41,586 nt of DNA from a virus (Duplodnaviria; Caudoviricetes), in the IMG/VR virus record IMGVR_UViG_3300044580_000351, positions 1 through 41,586 of that record; one strand, written 5' to 3'. Positions 17,735 to 27,710 of the stretch are shown here, one piece after another. Within the stretch, counting starts at the first letter, position 1, and each line of letters starts with the position of its first letter. The translations under genes were made by a program, and so were the position numbers. The notes beneath the pieces are model-generated. The model was given only the letters and a program-made list of their open reading frames with translations. It had not been told where the DNA came from and ran no database searches.

Positions 17735-18152
17735 CCGCTATCACCTCGCTTTCTATCAAACTGTAGGCATATTCAGCTTGTGTAAAAGGGTCTTCATAAA
17801 GTGTTTCAGGGGAAGGTGCAGAGAAACGCATCCGCTCCAATGACTTTTTGGGTTCTGCCTTCTCTCGTATTCGCCCAAGCATCCGGGCTCTTTTTATCTT
17901 CTCGGCTTCAGCTTGCTTGAAGGTATCCTCGTCAATTATCGGTGGATAAAAGGCATCCCCAAGGTATCGCTTGCAGGTCAACATTTTTGCGATTGAAGAA
18001 TGGCAACGCTTTATGCCCGCTCGTTTGGCGGCATCCACTAATGAGAAACCTGATATATAGGCATGAAACAGTTCTTTTACCTGGTTCGCCAACTTATCGT
18101 CTATGAATGCTATTCCATTTTTGATGATATAGCCATAAGGTGTATGAGCCAT
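17721..18152 (-). CDS. Small recombinase-domain protein (no catalytic domain)
   Basis: HTPYGY...[16 protein letters not shown]; middle gene of the recombinase triplet. Confidence 0.85.
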   Translation of the reverse strand: MAHTPYGYIIKNGIAFIDDKLANQVKELFHAYISGFSLVDAAKRAGIKRCHSSIAKMLTCKRYLGDAFYPPIIDEDTFKQAEAEKIKRARMLGRIREKAEPKKSLERMRFSAPSPETLYEDPFTQAEYAYSLIESEVIADGQS

Positions 18153-19712
18153 TTATCTCACCAGCCTTTCCTTTAAGGTAAGCCCACACTTCAGCTTAAA
18201 TCCGATTTCTTCCTGCGAATAGACTATGATGCTCTCAACATACCGGCTGAATATGGCTTCATCAAAGCTATTAATCATATCTGCTTTAGAAACCCACTTA
18301 AGGAGCTGCTCAACTTCAGATACAGCGGTCATACCACTATTCAAACTGCGGGAAAGCAATTTTTTCTTCTCCTTTAACATAGCTGCTTCTGCTCGCAGTT
18401 TATTGCTTTGTTCGCTGAACAAGGAGGAGGAAAGGTACCCCTTGGTTAGTAGGTTTGTCAATACCCGGCTTCGCTCCATGTTTTCCTCCAACATTTGCTC
18501 AAGCTCCAGTATTTCGGTCAGGTTTGCTGAATAATTCAAAGATCGCAAGCTCTTTAATAATGGCTTTAGGATAAACTCGTGTCCGAAGATAAGCTTGTTG
18601 ATCATCGTAATAAATGCCTTATGAATATCATCCTCGCGAATAAAACGCATTGAGCACTTTGCAATATCATGGATGTGCTTTGAACAGCACCAAGCAATAT
18701 ATTGACTTCCACCATAGAAATGAATCCTGCGTTTGAAGTGACTTCCGCACTCTGAGCATATGATTTTGCCGGAAAAAGGATATCTCTTTTGGTACTTACC
18801 GTTTCCTTTTTCTATGCCTTTCTCGTCACCCCGCTGCCTTAGCAATTCATTTACAGCATCAAATTCTTCATGACTGATAATTGCTTCATGGTTCCTACGG
18901 ATCATGATCTGGTCTTTTTCTCCGTTGTTACGATGACGTTTGAAATGGTCATCCGTGTATGTCTTTTGTAAGACGACATCACCGGTATATTTTTCGTTTG
19001 ATAGCATGCCGAGGATAGTAGATGCATTCCATAAGGCAGCCTTTTTAGGTGTTATACCGTCAGCATTCAAGTCATCAGCAATTTTCTGTGCTCCTTTGCC
19101 GGATAAGGCTTCAGAAAATATTCGCCTTACGACAGCAGCCTGTTCTTCATTTACTGTCAGTACACCATCTTTATAATCATATCCGTATGGCGGCGATGAA
19201 AGCTTAAATGTACCATTTCGGAAACGACGCTGGATTGACCACTTATTATTTTGTGATATAGAAATCGATTCGTTCTCTGCTATACTGCTTAAAATGGTCA
19301 GCATCAGTTCTCCGTCCATTGATTGGGTATTGATATTTTCCTTTTCAAAATATAGGAACACGCCAAGGTCTGACAGCTTACGAATAAGTTCCAGGCAGTC
19401 TATCGTATTGCGAGCAAATCGGCTTATAGACTTGGTTACAATAAAGTCAATTCTACCGTTCTCGCAATCTTCAATTAATCGTAGAAGTTCAGAGCGATTT
19501 TCTTTTTTTGTACCTGTGATACCTTCGTCAAAGTATATTCCGGCAAACTCCCAATCTGGATTTGACTTAATAATGGATTCATAGTGAGTTTTTTGGGCCT
19601 CCAAGCTGATTAACTGTTCATCGTTATCGGTTGAAACGCGAGCATAAGCAGCAACCCGTAGCTTAGGCTTAACTAATTTTGCGCTTGGCTCAATTTTTCT
19701 AACCTTTCTCAA
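18153..19712 (-). CDS. Large serine recombinase
   Basis: [29 protein letters not shown]...WCC; TTG start with GGAGGTG RBS. Confidence 0.96.
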   Translation of the reverse strand: MRKVRKIEPSAKLVKPKLRVAAYARVSTDNDEQLISLEAQKTHYESIIKSNPDWEFAGIYFDEGITGTKKENRSELLRLIEDCENGRIDFIVTKSISRFARNTIDCLELIRKLSDLGVFLYFEKENINTQSMDGELMLTILSSIAENESISISQNNKWSIQRRFRNGTFKLSSPPYGYDYKDGVLTVNEEQAAVVRRIFSEALSGKGAQKIADDLNADGITPKKAALWNASTILGMLSNEKYTGDVVLQKTYTDDHFKRHRNNGEKDQIMIRRNHEAIISHEEFDAVNELLRQRGDEKGIEKGNGKYQKRYPFSGKIICSECGSHFKRRIHFYGGSQYIAWCCSKHIHDIAKCSMRFIREDDIHKAFITMINKLIFGHEFILKPLLKSLRSLNYSANLTEILELEQMLEENMERSRVLTNLLTKGYLSSSLFSEQSNKLRAEAAMLKEKKKLLSRSLNSGMTAVSEVEQLLKWVSKADMINSFDEAIFSRYVESIIVYSQEEIGFKLKCGLTLKERLVR

Positions 19713-19736
19713 TTTTTCACCTCCCAGGTATGTGAC

Positions 19737-19765
19737 ATATTACCTCTGAACACCTGTATTATCAA
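19737..19765 (-). promoter_or_regulatory. Putative promoter of the recombinase module
   Basis: TTGATA-N17-TAATAT. Confidence 0.5.
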
Positions 19766-19770
19766 GCGTT

Positions 19771-19992
19771 TCAGGGCATTAACTCGGCTCCAAAAGGTGA
19801 GAAAGATTGACGGTTACGGAGGTCGATTTTCACGAACTCCTCTTGTGTAATCAGTCCTACATTCAGCATTTTTTGAAGCAGCATCAGTGAGCGATAATAA
19901 TCATACTCGTTCTGGAGCCTCTCTTCTGTTACGGGCTTCCGCTTGGCAGCAAATTGAGAATTTGAGAGTTCTGTGATTTGCTTCACTTGCAT
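19771..19992 (-). CDS. SHOCT-like small protein preceding the recombinases
   Basis: LQKMLNVGLITQEEFVKI motif; GGAGG RBS. Confidence 0.8.
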   Translation of the reverse strand: MQVKQITELSNSQFAAKRKPVTEERLQNEYDYYRSLMLLQKMLNVGLITQEEFVKIDLRNRQSFSPFGAELMP

Positions 19993-20053
19993 ATGGCATT
20001 ACCTCCTGCCGATATGCGAAAAAACAGCGTAATTCGAACCCCATGAAAAAGAC

Positions 20054-20100
20054 AAAAAAATAAAACCCACAACTCGGAATGGTTACCGTAGCTGTGGGCT
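20054..20100 (-). terminator. Terminator after the endolysin
   Basis: CCCACAGC...GTTGTGGG stem followed by TTTTATTTTTTT on the minus strand. Confidence 0.65.
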
Positions 20101-20114
20101 TATAAAGACTTATA

Positions 20115-20822
20115 TCAACTATATTTTATGAAACCATCAAAACCTGCCGCCTTAAGCTTTTTAAGCATCGATTCGGCATTTGCTTTGGATGAGAATGCGC
20201 CCACCTGAACACGATAGTATTTCTTATCGTCACCTGCAGACGTTTTCGGTTCCGTTTTTTCTGCCAATCCAGCCTTAACTGCCGCACGGAAGGTATCCAT
20301 GCTTTCACCGTGACGTGGGAACCAGTGCATCACATCGGCATGGTTTGATGCAATCCCTTTCTTGTATCCCTCACTATGACAAAGGATGTCATTCTCAGTC
20401 AGATTATAGAGTTTACAGAGATACACGCATAATTCTACTGCTTCAGAAAATACCTTGCGAAAATACGTCGCATCGGATAAATTATCTTCACATATCTCAA
20501 AACCTATATGGGTATCATTCGCTGCACCTCCAGCATGCCAGCCACGATGGTTCCATGGCAATGTCTGATAGGTTGCAATTGAACCATCTGCCAACTTGCC
20601 TATGAACGCACGAACACAAACCTGTCGACCATCGGGTTTGTCTTGATTCCAGTGATTGCCGTATTGATTTTTACCCAACAGGCCATCATCAGGTGCTACA
20701 TAGCGCTTCAACCAAGGATTGTTAGCCCCAGTTGAATGAACCATGATACCTTTCGGCGTTATTGTCCTGCCGGCCTTAAAGCAGGCGTTGTTAGTAAGTA
20801 TTTGTTTTTGTAAATTCATCAC
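20115..20822 (-). CDS. Endolysin: N-acetylmuramoyl-L-alanine amidase (Amidase_2) plus SPOR domain
   Basis: IMVHST, GWHAG, IGFEICED, CHSEG, NHAD; C-terminal YYRVQVGAFSSKANAE...GFDGFI. Confidence 0.92.
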   Translation of the reverse strand: MMNLQKQILTNNACFKAGRTITPKGIMVHSTGANNPWLKRYVAPDDGLLGKNQYGNHWNQDKPDGRQVCVRAFIGKLADGSIATYQTLPWNHRGWHAGGAANDTHIGFEICEDNLSDATYFRKVFSEAVELCVYLCKLYNLTENDILCHSEGYKKGIASNHADVMHWFPRHGESMDTFRAAVKAGLAEKTEPKTSAGDDKKYYRVQVGAFSSKANAESMLKKLKAAGFDGFIKYS

Positions 20823-20846
20823 TTATCACCTCAATTAGAAGCATGA

Positions 20847-22265
20847 TTATAGGTCTGCCGGGTACAGGTGGTAGGTAAATTTCAGATCGCAATATGCTGT
20901 TGATGATGTACCGTTGCTTCCCATGCGAATGTACAGACCGTATCCTGTAGGAACCCGAGCCTGCCGCATTTCAATTTGAACATGCTGAGCTTCAGCACTG
21001 CTGTCTGTTCCGATTGGCGTACTCCGACAGATTCTTGTGAAATTCTGTTCATCGTTTGAAATATACAGGTCTAGCTCCTTTTCGCTTGTATCCGATTGTC
21101 GGCAAAGGGTTATCAAATGGCAGTCATATCTAGTCGGTGAAAGATTTCCCCCTTGTCCTCCAATAACTACACTCCCAATAGGCAGTATCGTGTGTAAAGG
21201 CCCTCTGACACTGTTGGTACCACCCGCACCAGAGACGTTCCCTGACAGAATGTATCTCACATGTGGAGCACGGGTAAAAGCAATGATGCTCGCTGCTGCA
21301 GTTGAAGTCAGTGTCAAAGCAGTGGTCACATCCTCAGCTTTTTCAAGCAAAAACAGGCTCTCACCAGGAGCTATGGTTGTATCACCTACAGAAAACCTCT
21401 GACTCGTCCAATAAGCAGTACAAGATGGATGGGGATCTGTCCCTGTGCCGTAGGCAATGTTTGCATCATCTTGGACACCTCTAATGGCTTCAGCAAGTTT
21501 CTTTACGGTGTCACGTAGATTGTCTTGTATAAGCACCTGGACATTGTTATCAGTCGGGCTACCCAAAGCTGTAACGAAAGTATATGTTACCGGGCCAAGT
21601 ACAAGATTGTTGCCAGATGCTATGCTTGAAAATGTAATGGCCGCTCTGCGACTTGCCATATCTGGGGCAGTAGCCGTTTCCACCGGGTGCCAATGATTGA
21701 GTAGAATCCCTGTTCTTTGGTATAGCGTATTTTGCATATCTCCAAGTAGATTGTAGGTATCACCGATCTGTGATGTGGCACTGACTAAAAGATTGTGCGT
21801 TGTATTTAGTAGCGCATAGTTACTATTTAGTAAGTCGTATATAAGATTCAGTAGGCTGTTTGTTTCATCAACATCGAGTGCAGCTAAGGCCGACAAAACC
21901 TGATTTAACCACTCCTGCGCGGGTGGCTCCGGTGGCTCGACTATACCGTCAGCAAGAGCCTCCTCAACGATAGTGAGTATTCGTACACTTTTCCCGACTA
22001 CTTCACCTTGTACTACCCTTATCTCAAGACGTCCTACACCAACAATCTCTGTATCGGCAGAGTTGGGAGACCATGTCAAAACACCATCGGCATAGCTTGT
22101 GACAACGGGATAAGCAATTCCATCAGGCCTTTTGTATATTGCGTTTAAGGCCGTGCCCGGATATTCATCACCAAGCAGGCTTGAGACATCAAACTCAATT
22201 TTACGAAAATGATGCTCTCCACGCCGTCCAATAAACACAGTTGCAACTTTTGTTAAGTCTATCAT
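20847..22265 (-). CDS. BppU-like N-domain, coiled coil and beta-rich C-domain (putative fibre/receptor-binding protein)
   Basis: GRRGEHHFRKIEFD...KRPDG...LTW...DT...GRLEI...KS pattern, heptad Leu repeats; ATGA overlap with holin. Confidence 0.6.
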   Translation of the reverse strand: MIDLTKVATVFIGRRGEHHFRKIEFDVSSLLGDEYPGTALNAIYKRPDGIAYPVVTSYADGVLTWSPNSADTEIVGVGRLEIRVVQGEVVGKSVRILTIVEEALADGIVEPPEPPAQEWLNQVLSALAALDVDETNSLLNLIYDLLNSNYALLNTTHNLLVSATSQIGDTYNLLGDMQNTLYQRTGILLNHWHPVETATAPDMASRRAAITFSSIASGNNLVLGPVTYTFVTALGSPTDNNVQVLIQDNLRDTVKKLAEAIRGVQDDANIAYGTGTDPHPSCTAYWTSQRFSVGDTTIAPGESLFLLEKAEDVTTALTLTSTAAASIIAFTRAPHVRYILSGNVSGAGGTNSVRGPLHTILPIGSVVIGGQGGNLSPTRYDCHLITLCRQSDTSEKELDLYISNDEQNFTRICRSTPIGTDSSAEAQHVQIEMRQARVPTGYGLYIRMGSNGTSSTAYCDLKFTYHLYPADL

Positions 22266-22696
22266 GTTTCATCACCATCCGATGGTGGCTCCTCATCATG
22301 CCCGTGAAGCTGCTTAAGGACAGCTTTGAGCTTTTCAGGGATGGGTAGTCCAATGTGTCCTGCGTTTTCAAGGATAGAAATACCCTCATTACTTAAATAG
22401 AAGAAAATTATCGCCGTTCGCAGGGCACCTCCGTTCTGACTTCCTAATATCTGAGTGTCTAAAATGTGAGCGATACCCACCAGCACAAAGATGAGTACCT
22501 TTTTAAAGATACCTTTTGCCCCAATTTCGCTTGACAGCTTTCTATCAATAATTGCGCAGATCACTCCTGTCAGGTAATCAATGGCAACAAAGGCGATAAG
22601 CGCGTAAAGAAAGCCGTCCAGTCCACCCAGGAACCAGCCAAGGAAGCCTCCAATAACTGTGAGCGCTGTCTGAATCCAAGCCCATATCGTTTTCAT
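22262..22696 (-). CDS. Phage holin (toxin secretion/phage lysis holin family)
   Basis: IDYLTG...LSSEIGAKGIFKK...NEGISILENAGHIGLPIPEKLK; TM helices. Confidence 0.93.
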   Translation of the reverse strand: MKTIWAWIQTALTVIGGFLGWFLGGLDGFLYALIAFVAIDYLTGVICAIIDRKLSSEIGAKGIFKKVLIFVLVGIAHILDTQILGSQNGGALRTAIIFFYLSNEGISILENAGHIGLPIPEKLKAVLKQLHGHDEEPPSDGDET

Positions 22697-22726
22697 GATC
22701 AATACCTCCAATCTAAATTTGTATAT

Positions 22727-22760
22727 AGAAAAGCACTCCCATTTGTTGTGAGAGTGCTTG
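22727..22760 (-). terminator. Hairpin/terminator between tail and lysis genes
   Basis: AAGCACTC (22731-22738) / GAGTGCTT (22752-22759) with a short T-run on the minus strand. Confidence 0.55.
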
Positions 22761-22773
22761 TAAAAATAATGGT

Positions 22774-25245
22774 TTATAGAGTCAATAGCAAGTCATGGAG
22801 CTGGTTCATCACATCCGCTCTCGGGCGTCCGGTTCCAATGGGCAGCCATGTGACAGGCGGGATATCAAAAGTCGATGAATTATCGAAACCGTTAATCATT
22901 GTAACAACTGACTCAATAGCCCTTCGAAGCTCAAGAATATGGAATGGCCAATTCTTGACAGTGGTCTTTCCAACAATGATTTCCTCGCTCCAGTTTATCG
23001 GTGTCAGGCAGTGGTAATTGCGCACTGTGTTCACGGCAGTTCTGAGGGTCTGAATATGTGCTGCTTTCACATGTGTCAGGTTTGCGGTAATCTCCTCAAA
23101 AGCTGATGGCAGTATCGTAAATGTACGGGTAACCTCCGAACTTGCTGACTCAATATCACTGTCTCGACATCTGAAAGTAACGGTATGATTCCCGGCAGCC
23201 AGTGTTGCTGCCTGGTATATTGTTTTGACACCATTTCCCAGATAACCACCAACGGAGAAAAATTCAGGGTTGTCAACACTATTATGCCAATCACCGGAGT
23301 CAATCCTTACTTCCACAATCTGCAGCTGACCATCCGGCTCGTTGCCCGTAGTAATCATAAAGCGCGGTTTAGTGTTATAAGTCGAACTGCCGGACATCGG
23401 GCAGCTGATTACTGGTGCGGCAGGTGGACTATTTTTCTTTACCGCATTGCTAAGTACATAAGCAGAAACTGCATCTAATACATCCGTTACACCAATTCGG
23501 TATCGAGTATACATTCCAGCTATCGAAGATGCATTTGTCTCGTAAGTCCCGGAGGTCGCGCTTGAAGTAACAATCGCCAAAGCCTCAAAAGGAGACCAGT
23601 TTGTACCATCCGCAGAGGTAGATCTCTGTATGACATATTGCTTTATGGCACTGGTTCCTGGTACCGTACCGCTCCATGAGAGTGTTACAGTGTTGATTTC
23701 ATAAATGGCAGGGGAAGCGGTAAAGGATGAAGGCGGCATAGGCAGTGTGTTTTTACGTACACTGTTGCTCGTTACCTTCCACTCGGAATAAAAGCTCTCA
23801 CCGGCTGTCCCGCGAGTCCTTATCCGGAATCGGCGATAATTGCCACGTGTGGCAGGTGGGCTGACGCTCAAACTACCGCTTGTAGCAGATGTATTCACTG
23901 TAGTTAAAGCCATCCACTCGCCCCATGTGCTGTTATCGACCGAGTCACTGTATTGTATTTCATAGGATGTAATGGCATTGCCCGCTCCGCTGGCTGCACC
24001 ACTCCATGACAAAGTTACATTTCCTTCCGCTACTGTTGCACTCACTGTGCAAGAGGTTGGCGCTGCACAGGCAGTAATATCGCAATAGATGCTGTTACTA
24101 ATCTTCTCTGATGAGAAAACATCGAGATTATCTATCGTCCAAATACCAAATTGCGTATATGTGCCTGGAGTTCTTGATACATTTGGTGTATAACTGCCGC
24201 CACTTGAAGACAAGGTTAGAGTGGCTAAAACACTCCATGAACTCCATGTACTGTTATCCGTGGATGTCCTACTAGCAATCTGATATCCCTTGATAGCACT
24301 GGTTCCGCCAGAAGCTCCGCTCCATGTCAGTGTAATGGTCTCGTTACTGTAGTTCGAAGGTGAAGCAACTGCTGTGGTGGGTGGGTTTGGTACTGTATTT
24401 CTTCTGACAGAATTCGTTGATACCTTCCAGCCAGAATAATAGCTCGCTCCTGCCGCTCCACGTGTCCGCACCCGGAATCTACGGTAATTGCCTCTTGTGG
24501 AGGACGGTGAAGTTGCAACACTTCCGCTGGTGGCAGACGTAGAAACAATAGTAAGTGGTATCCACTCACCCCATGTAGCATTATCCGTCGATTCGCTATA
24601 TTGGATTTCGTAACCGGTTATTGCATTGTTTGTTCCACTTTTTGCGCCGCTCCATGATAAAGTGATACCACCTTCAGAGAGTGTGCTACTTACTGAACAG
24701 GAAGTTGGTGCCCCACAGGCTGTTGTACGGCTTGCCCAGTTGATGGTCAGTACAATCTTGCTTAAATCATCTCTGCCTGTAAAACCCATATAATTAACAG
24801 TGCTAGAGCCGCAATCAATAAACAAGCAGTTGCTGGCTCCGCTCCCGATGGAGTCTATCAGGGCAGTGGAAATAGTAATATCTTTTGCGCCTTGACCCGC
24901 CGGAATAGTGTAATTATATCCAGTCGTTACCTTTACAGGTCTACTTGCAGATACATTTGAATTAGATCCAACGGCTGGAATTCCATATTGATTTCCTGCA
25001 TAAAGCGTCATGGTTCTGGCAGAACCCCAATCACCTGCTGCCACGCGATTTAAGTGAAGGCTGGCAGATGTGGGATAATATCCGGCATAGGTATTCCTAA
25101 TACTGGTTAGATCAAAAACCATGACACCAACATTCTCATAGTTGTTAGCCTGTGTATATACTCCTTGCCTTACATTTGGCGTAACTCCTGGAATCCAGCT
25201 TCCGTTTCTCCATGTACATGCGTTAATGGCTTGATAAGTTGCCAT
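22774..25245 (-). CDS. Tail-associated Ser/Thr-rich protein with fibronectin-III-like repeats
   Basis: Four TLSWSG...Y-I modules arranged ABAB with a 216-aa period. Confidence 0.8.
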   Translation of the reverse strand: MATYQAINACTWRNGSWIPGVTPNVRQGVYTQANNYENVGVMVFDLTSIRNTYAGYYPTSASLHLNRVAAGDWGSARTMTLYAGNQYGIPAVGSNSNVSASRPVKVTTGYNYTIPAGQGAKDITISTALIDSIGSGASNCLFIDCGSSTVNYMGFTGRDDLSKIVLTINWASRTTACGAPTSCSVSSTLSEGGITLSWSGAKSGTNNAITGYEIQYSESTDNATWGEWIPLTIVSTSATSGSVATSPSSTRGNYRRFRVRTRGAAGASYYSGWKVSTNSVRRNTVPNPPTTAVASPSNYSNETITLTWSGASGGTSAIKGYQIASRTSTDNSTWSSWSVLATLTLSSSGGSYTPNVSRTPGTYTQFGIWTIDNLDVFSSEKISNSIYCDITACAAPTSCTVSATVAEGNVTLSWSGAASGAGNAITSYEIQYSDSVDNSTWGEWMALTTVNTSATSGSLSVSPPATRGNYRRFRIRTRGTAGESFYSEWKVTSNSVRKNTLPMPPSSFTASPAIYEINTVTLSWSGTVPGTSAIKQYVIQRSTSADGTNWSPFEALAIVTSSATSGTYETNASSIAGMYTRYRIGVTDVLDAVSAYVLSNAVKKNSPPAAPVISCPMSGSSTYNTKPRFMITTGNEPDGQLQIVEVRIDSGDWHNSVDNPEFFSVGGYLGNGVKTIYQAATLAAGNHTVTFRCRDSDIESASSEVTRTFTILPSAFEEITANLTHVKAAHIQTLRTAVNTVRNYHCLTPINWSEEIIVGKTTVKNWPFHILELRRAIESVVTMINGFDNSSTFDIPPVTWLPIGTGRPRADVMNQLHDLLLTL
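23430..24723 (-). repeat. Diverged internal tandem duplication (about 648-bp unit)
   Basis: TACGAPTSC...RGNYRRFRVRTRG at about 24723 versus TACAAPTSC...RGNYRRFRIRTRG at about 24075. Confidence 0.8.
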
Positions 25246-25256
25246 AAGAAGTCACC

Positions 25257-25760
25257 TCACTCATATACCGCCGACACAAGGGAATTCACCAAGCCACATA
25301 GATTCGTATTCAACCGTGTATCCGTGATATTGTTCGCAGCTATAGATGTTGCAGCTGCAGGCACTAAAACGTCTGCAATGCAAAGCTCATATACATCAGT
25401 TGTTCTTGTGAGTGCCGGTGCAGTTGGTGTAACTGCAGGAGTTCCGGTAACAGCAGCTAGCTGAATACTCCGGTTGATCATGCTTAGCCGAACCACAATT
25501 CTGTCAATGCGAGGATTGCTACCGTTTGCAGTAGCAAGTGGAATATTCATGGCATCGGTATTTTCATACCTATAACCATTAATCCATGCACTTCCTGCTG
25601 CCACGCTCACCGCTAAACCGGTTCCAGGCGATACCTGCAAGTTTGTAGGAGTGGTATAAAATATCCCATTAGAGACAAGGCTCCCGAAATACGCTGCAAA
25701 ATCCGTGGCGTCATAGACCCTGTCTCCGTCAGATGAGTTAAAGAAACCGCTTTTCTCCAT
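25257..25760 (-). CDS. Phage baseplate/tail structural protein
   Basis: SGFFNS..GDRVYDA..FA.YF, GSAWING, RIDRIVVRL, ITDTR...CG.V motifs typical of siphophage tail proteins. Confidence 0.8.
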   Translation of the reverse strand: MEKSGFFNSSDGDRVYDATDFAAYFGSLVSNGIFYTTPTNLQVSPGTGLAVSVAAGSAWINGYRYENTDAMNIPLATANGSNPRIDRIVVRLSMINRSIQLAAVTGTPAVTPTAPALTRTTDVYELCIADVLVPAAATSIAANNITDTRLNTNLCGLVNSLVSAVYE

Positions 25761-25775
25761 ACTGATTTCCTCCTG

Positions 25776-27710
25776 TTAAGCTCTCGCGTAAGAGCATGAT
25801 ATAATATAAAACCCTGTAGGCAATGTGGAAGCGGCGGCGTTCGCCACCACACCGTTTGCGTTAATCGTAATCGGCATACTAGTACCACTGCCCCCGACCG
25901 TAGTAGCAACAGAACGTACAGTCGAGTAGGGGTAAAAGTTCGGGTTTGTCATTGTTAGAATCGTTCCACCGGAGGGAACTCCCGAAGCCCCTACGTTAAT
26001 CTGCATCCCGATAGAAACAACACCCTTGTTTACAAATGACATATTATAGCCCATGCTCACGCCACTACCAAGTGAGTAAGTGAGGGATGTATCAGCTTCC
26101 TGAGCCATTTTTTCGGTAGTGACAGCTCCGTTTGCAATTCTCGCACCTGATACAGGCGCATTGTAAACATTATTGATACTTGCTGCAAAGGTGCTTCCTC
26201 GTACTGCGGCTGCAATATCCGTAAGATTACCAAGGGGAAAACTCAACCAGTTAGCCTGGCCAGATGGATTGTTAAACAGGAAAACCGATATTACATAAAA
26301 CGTCATGGTGTTCCTGCTAATGAAAAAGCCCATAGCCCGCTGGTATCCATTTCCTGTGTTATCGCCATTATGCTTCACTAAAAAGACATGCCCATCATCA
26401 CTAGGCTGGTCGCTGAACTTATTTCCGCTCCATGAGGTGAAATAAATGGTATCTCCGGGAACCATATGGTGCATGGCATACTGCCCGATAGATATTGTTC
26501 CTTCACCTACATTTACCTCAAGAGCAGGAAGTTTACCGAATAGATTGTTAATTGTATCTGTAACGGTGTCTCCTTGAATCTTCGGATTTACATCCTCTAA
26601 GTCACCTAGGACTTCTACCACCTCGGATATTCCTGACGGAGCTTGCAGGGCTGTTTTAACCTGGCTCATATCAGAGTTCAGCTTCTGTGCAATGGAAAGC
26701 ACCGACTTTCCGAACGTCACACCGATGCTTAAGCCAGTTGCATCGTATGTTTCCTCGATTTCCATGATCCGGGTTGACATTGACACGCCCCAAGGCTTTG
26801 AGATTACTTTGACAGTCTGGCCCAAGTCAAAATCCGTTTTATAGACAAGGTTACCGTGTGGATTGACAGACACATCAAAGGAATATCGTATGGCCAATTC
26901 ACTTAGCCTGCTTTGCCCTCGGAAGGTCAATGCCTCTGTGTATTCTGTACCGAAATCATCCTTTCGCAGGTCTTTGGCATCAACAAATATCTCACGGCGA
27001 GCCTCACCAGAACCGCCAGTAATAGCGACGAATGTGCGTTCAGACCCCTCTCCCTCGCCACCGACAAGTGCAGTGTTGGCATAATCCGCAGCACTTTCTG
27101 TGTATGTCTGCTCTGTCAGATTCTCGTATTCCTTAGAGAACACTGCTTGAGAAGCTGTGCCTTTGTACAGCGTTACCGTAAATGTCCCCTGGGCTGGTGT
27201 AAATACAGTCTTAATTCCGATACCCGAAGCGTCACAGAGTTCCATAACCGCTTCCATCAGGTTGCGATACGATATCTGTGTATTGATTTGCACGTCAAGT
27301 AACGGCGATGAGAATGAAATGCCCGTAATTTGCCGTGCTGGATCGGAAGGATTAATAAGGTTCTTATTAAGAAGCTGTTCCACACAAGATGACAGGTCAC
27401 CTGTGAGAGACTCCGTCTCCCAGATAATCCGTCGGGCCAGGAAAGAGGTAGCAAAGCGTCCAGTAGCTGTGATGATCTCACTGTCGGTTTGGGACAGTTC
27501 TAAATGCTCTATAATACCGGCTTCTTCATCGTCACTCTTCCAAAGAATGTTACCAGCCTTAAGAAGTGCAGTATTCTCCGGCGTGGCTATAGCTTTCAGT
27601 TCAAAAGAACCGCACTGAGAGTAGCGCCGTGTCCAACGCAGGTATTCGAAAGACTCTACAATACCAGCAAGTTGCCGGCTTGAATTAAAAACATATAGCT
27701 CCATACTCAC
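25776..27710 (-). CDS. Siphovirus ReqiPepy6 Gp37-like tail protein with C-terminal extension
   Basis: LRWTRRYSQCGSFEL, ALVGGEGEG..R, RREIFVDAKD, DFDLGQTV; follows Dit. Confidence 0.85.
   Translation of the reverse strand: MSMELYVFNSSRQLAGIVESFEYLRWTRRYSQCGSFELKAIATPENTALLKAGNILWKSDDEEAGIIEHLELSQTDSEIITATGRFATSFLARRIIWETESLTGDLSSCVEQLLNKNLINPSDPARQITGISFSSPLLDVQINTQISYRNLMEAVMELCDASGIGIKTVFTPAQGTFTVTLYKGTASQAVFSKEYENLTEQTYTESAADYANTALVGGEGEGSERTFVAITGGSGEARREIFVDAKDLRKDDFGTEYTEALTFRGQSRLSELAIRYSFDVSVNPHGNLVYKTDFDLGQTVKVISKPWGVSMSTRIMEIEETYDATGLSIGVTFGKSVLSIAQKLNSDMSQVKTALQAPSGISEVVEVLGDLEDVNPKIQGDTVTDTINNLFGKLPALEVNVGEGTISIGQYAMHHMVPGDTIYFTSWSGNKFSDQPSDDGHVFLVKHNGDNTGNGYQRAMGFFISRNTMTFYVISVFLFNNPSGQANWLSFPLGNLTDIAAAVRGSTFAASINNVYNAPVSGARIANGAVTTEKMAQEADTSLTYSLGSGVSMGYNMSFVNKGVVSIGMQINVGASGVPSGGTILTMTNPNFYPYSTVRSVATTVGGSGTSMPITINANGVVANAAASTLPTGFYIISCSYARA

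Noticed and set aside
20847-27710. Diversity-generating retroelement target in tail genes
   Set aside because: No reverse transcriptase and no near-identical TR/VR pair with adenine-specific differences seen
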